Assembly: GCA_028023455.1 (NCBI GenBank)
Contig: JAQFVV010000010.1
Location: 7,378,001 to 7,442,000 of the forward strand
Length of the DNA: 64,000 nt
From: Epiperipatus broadwayi
Lineage: Eukaryota > Animalia > Onychophora
Direction: 5' to 3'
Made by a program: the position numbers and the translations under genes. Below the pieces are notes generated by a model. It worked only from the letters and a program-made list of their open reading frames with translations. It searched no databases and had not been told where the DNA came from. Of the stretch, positions 63,180-64,000 are shown piece by piece (the stretch's first letter is position 1; every line of letters starts with the position of its first letter).

Positions 63180-64000
63180 AATTTATTGTACATTTAGACC
63201 ATAGAAATACAGACCAAAAAGTAAAAAAAAAACAAGTAAATGATTATGAAATAGCATGCAAATAAAAAAAGGATATATTTGAGTTAATGTTTGCACAGGA
63301 AACTTTTGTGACTTGTTTGTTGTTCCAAAAATAGACCATAGAAACCCAATTTGTCTAAAGTTCATAGCAGGGAAGATTAAAATGAGATGCTGTTAGTAGG
63401 TAGTATTAATGTCCGTGTTTGAGTTTTATGAAATGATGAAAAGCAACAGCCACCCAATAAACAGCAAAGTTGCGGGGAGCTCTATCCAATTGCAATGGAG
63501 TTCCAGGTTTGTGCAGCGGTGAAGGGGTCAGCAGTGCGCATATCTCTATCCCTTTCCTTGTTTAGTATTTGGCAAAACGCTGTGAATATATTATTCAAGG
63601 TCTCAGCCTGGAACACCAGCTTACAGCGCAATGCCCAGATGGAAAAGTTAATTATGGCCGAAAGCCAGATCTCAGAGAATATGCCCTTTCAATTGCTGTC
63701 TTGAGGTTCATTTCAATTTGATTTCTTGTCATGTTTTGTTGAAAATGAGTTCTTAAATTGTTCAAAGTTGTGCATTCGAAGAGGAAGTGATCGGTAGTCT
63801 CTTCCTGTCTTTGACACAATGTGCAATTAGGGTCAATATCTTGCCCCCTTTTATAGTGGAGGAAGGCATTTGTTGGGAGGGCATGCAGGTTCAATTTCAA
63901 TAGGAAGTCCACGATTTTTGGCGGCAACTTCCAGAGCTTGGTCATCCTTATCATTCGAGGGATGTTGATTGAAAGGCAGCTGGGGATCCTCTGTTTTTGA
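63180..64000 (-). mobile_element. L1/Tx1-like LINE 3' end (continues beyond the window)
   Basis: LHALPTN...CTLCQRQEETTDHFLFEC zinc-finger (ORF 63652-63954), then SIWALRCKLVF in a shifted frame, a T-rich 3' UTR and AATAAA near 63181-63186. Confidence 0.8.

Overview
This is AT-rich, CpG-depleted eukaryotic (invertebrate-like) genomic DNA, not prokaryotic; there are no operons or CRISPR arrays. The only host gene I can support is the 3' half of a Spred gene (Sprouty-related, EVH1-domain family) on the minus strand. It has a terminal exon encoding the cysteine-rich SPR domain (721-1611) and a 59-nt exon encoding the GDDDVF motif (23691-23749), joined across a 22-kb phase-0 intron. I found no EVH1-coding exons, so the rest of the window is probably one intron of more than 40 kb. 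The introns hold many transposon relics: L1/Tx1-like and RTE-like LINEs, four Buster/Charlie-type hATs, an irritans-type mariner, pogo/Tigger-like elements and MITEs, several of them nested. The most notable signal is two unrelated families of short non-coding elements carrying type I hammerhead-ribozyme (HHR) motifs of the minimal kind known from Penelope-like elements and retrozymes. They are arranged as head-to-head inverted arms plus a one-sided tail and variable-length target-site duplications. Family A has 4 copies (about 12.1, 18.7, 22.4 and 40.8 kb); family B is one ~310-bp-arm palindrome at 48.3-49.0 kb. The best-preserved cores lie on the strand transcribed as Spred pre-mRNA. All family assignments rest on motif recognition by eye; no searches or folding were run.
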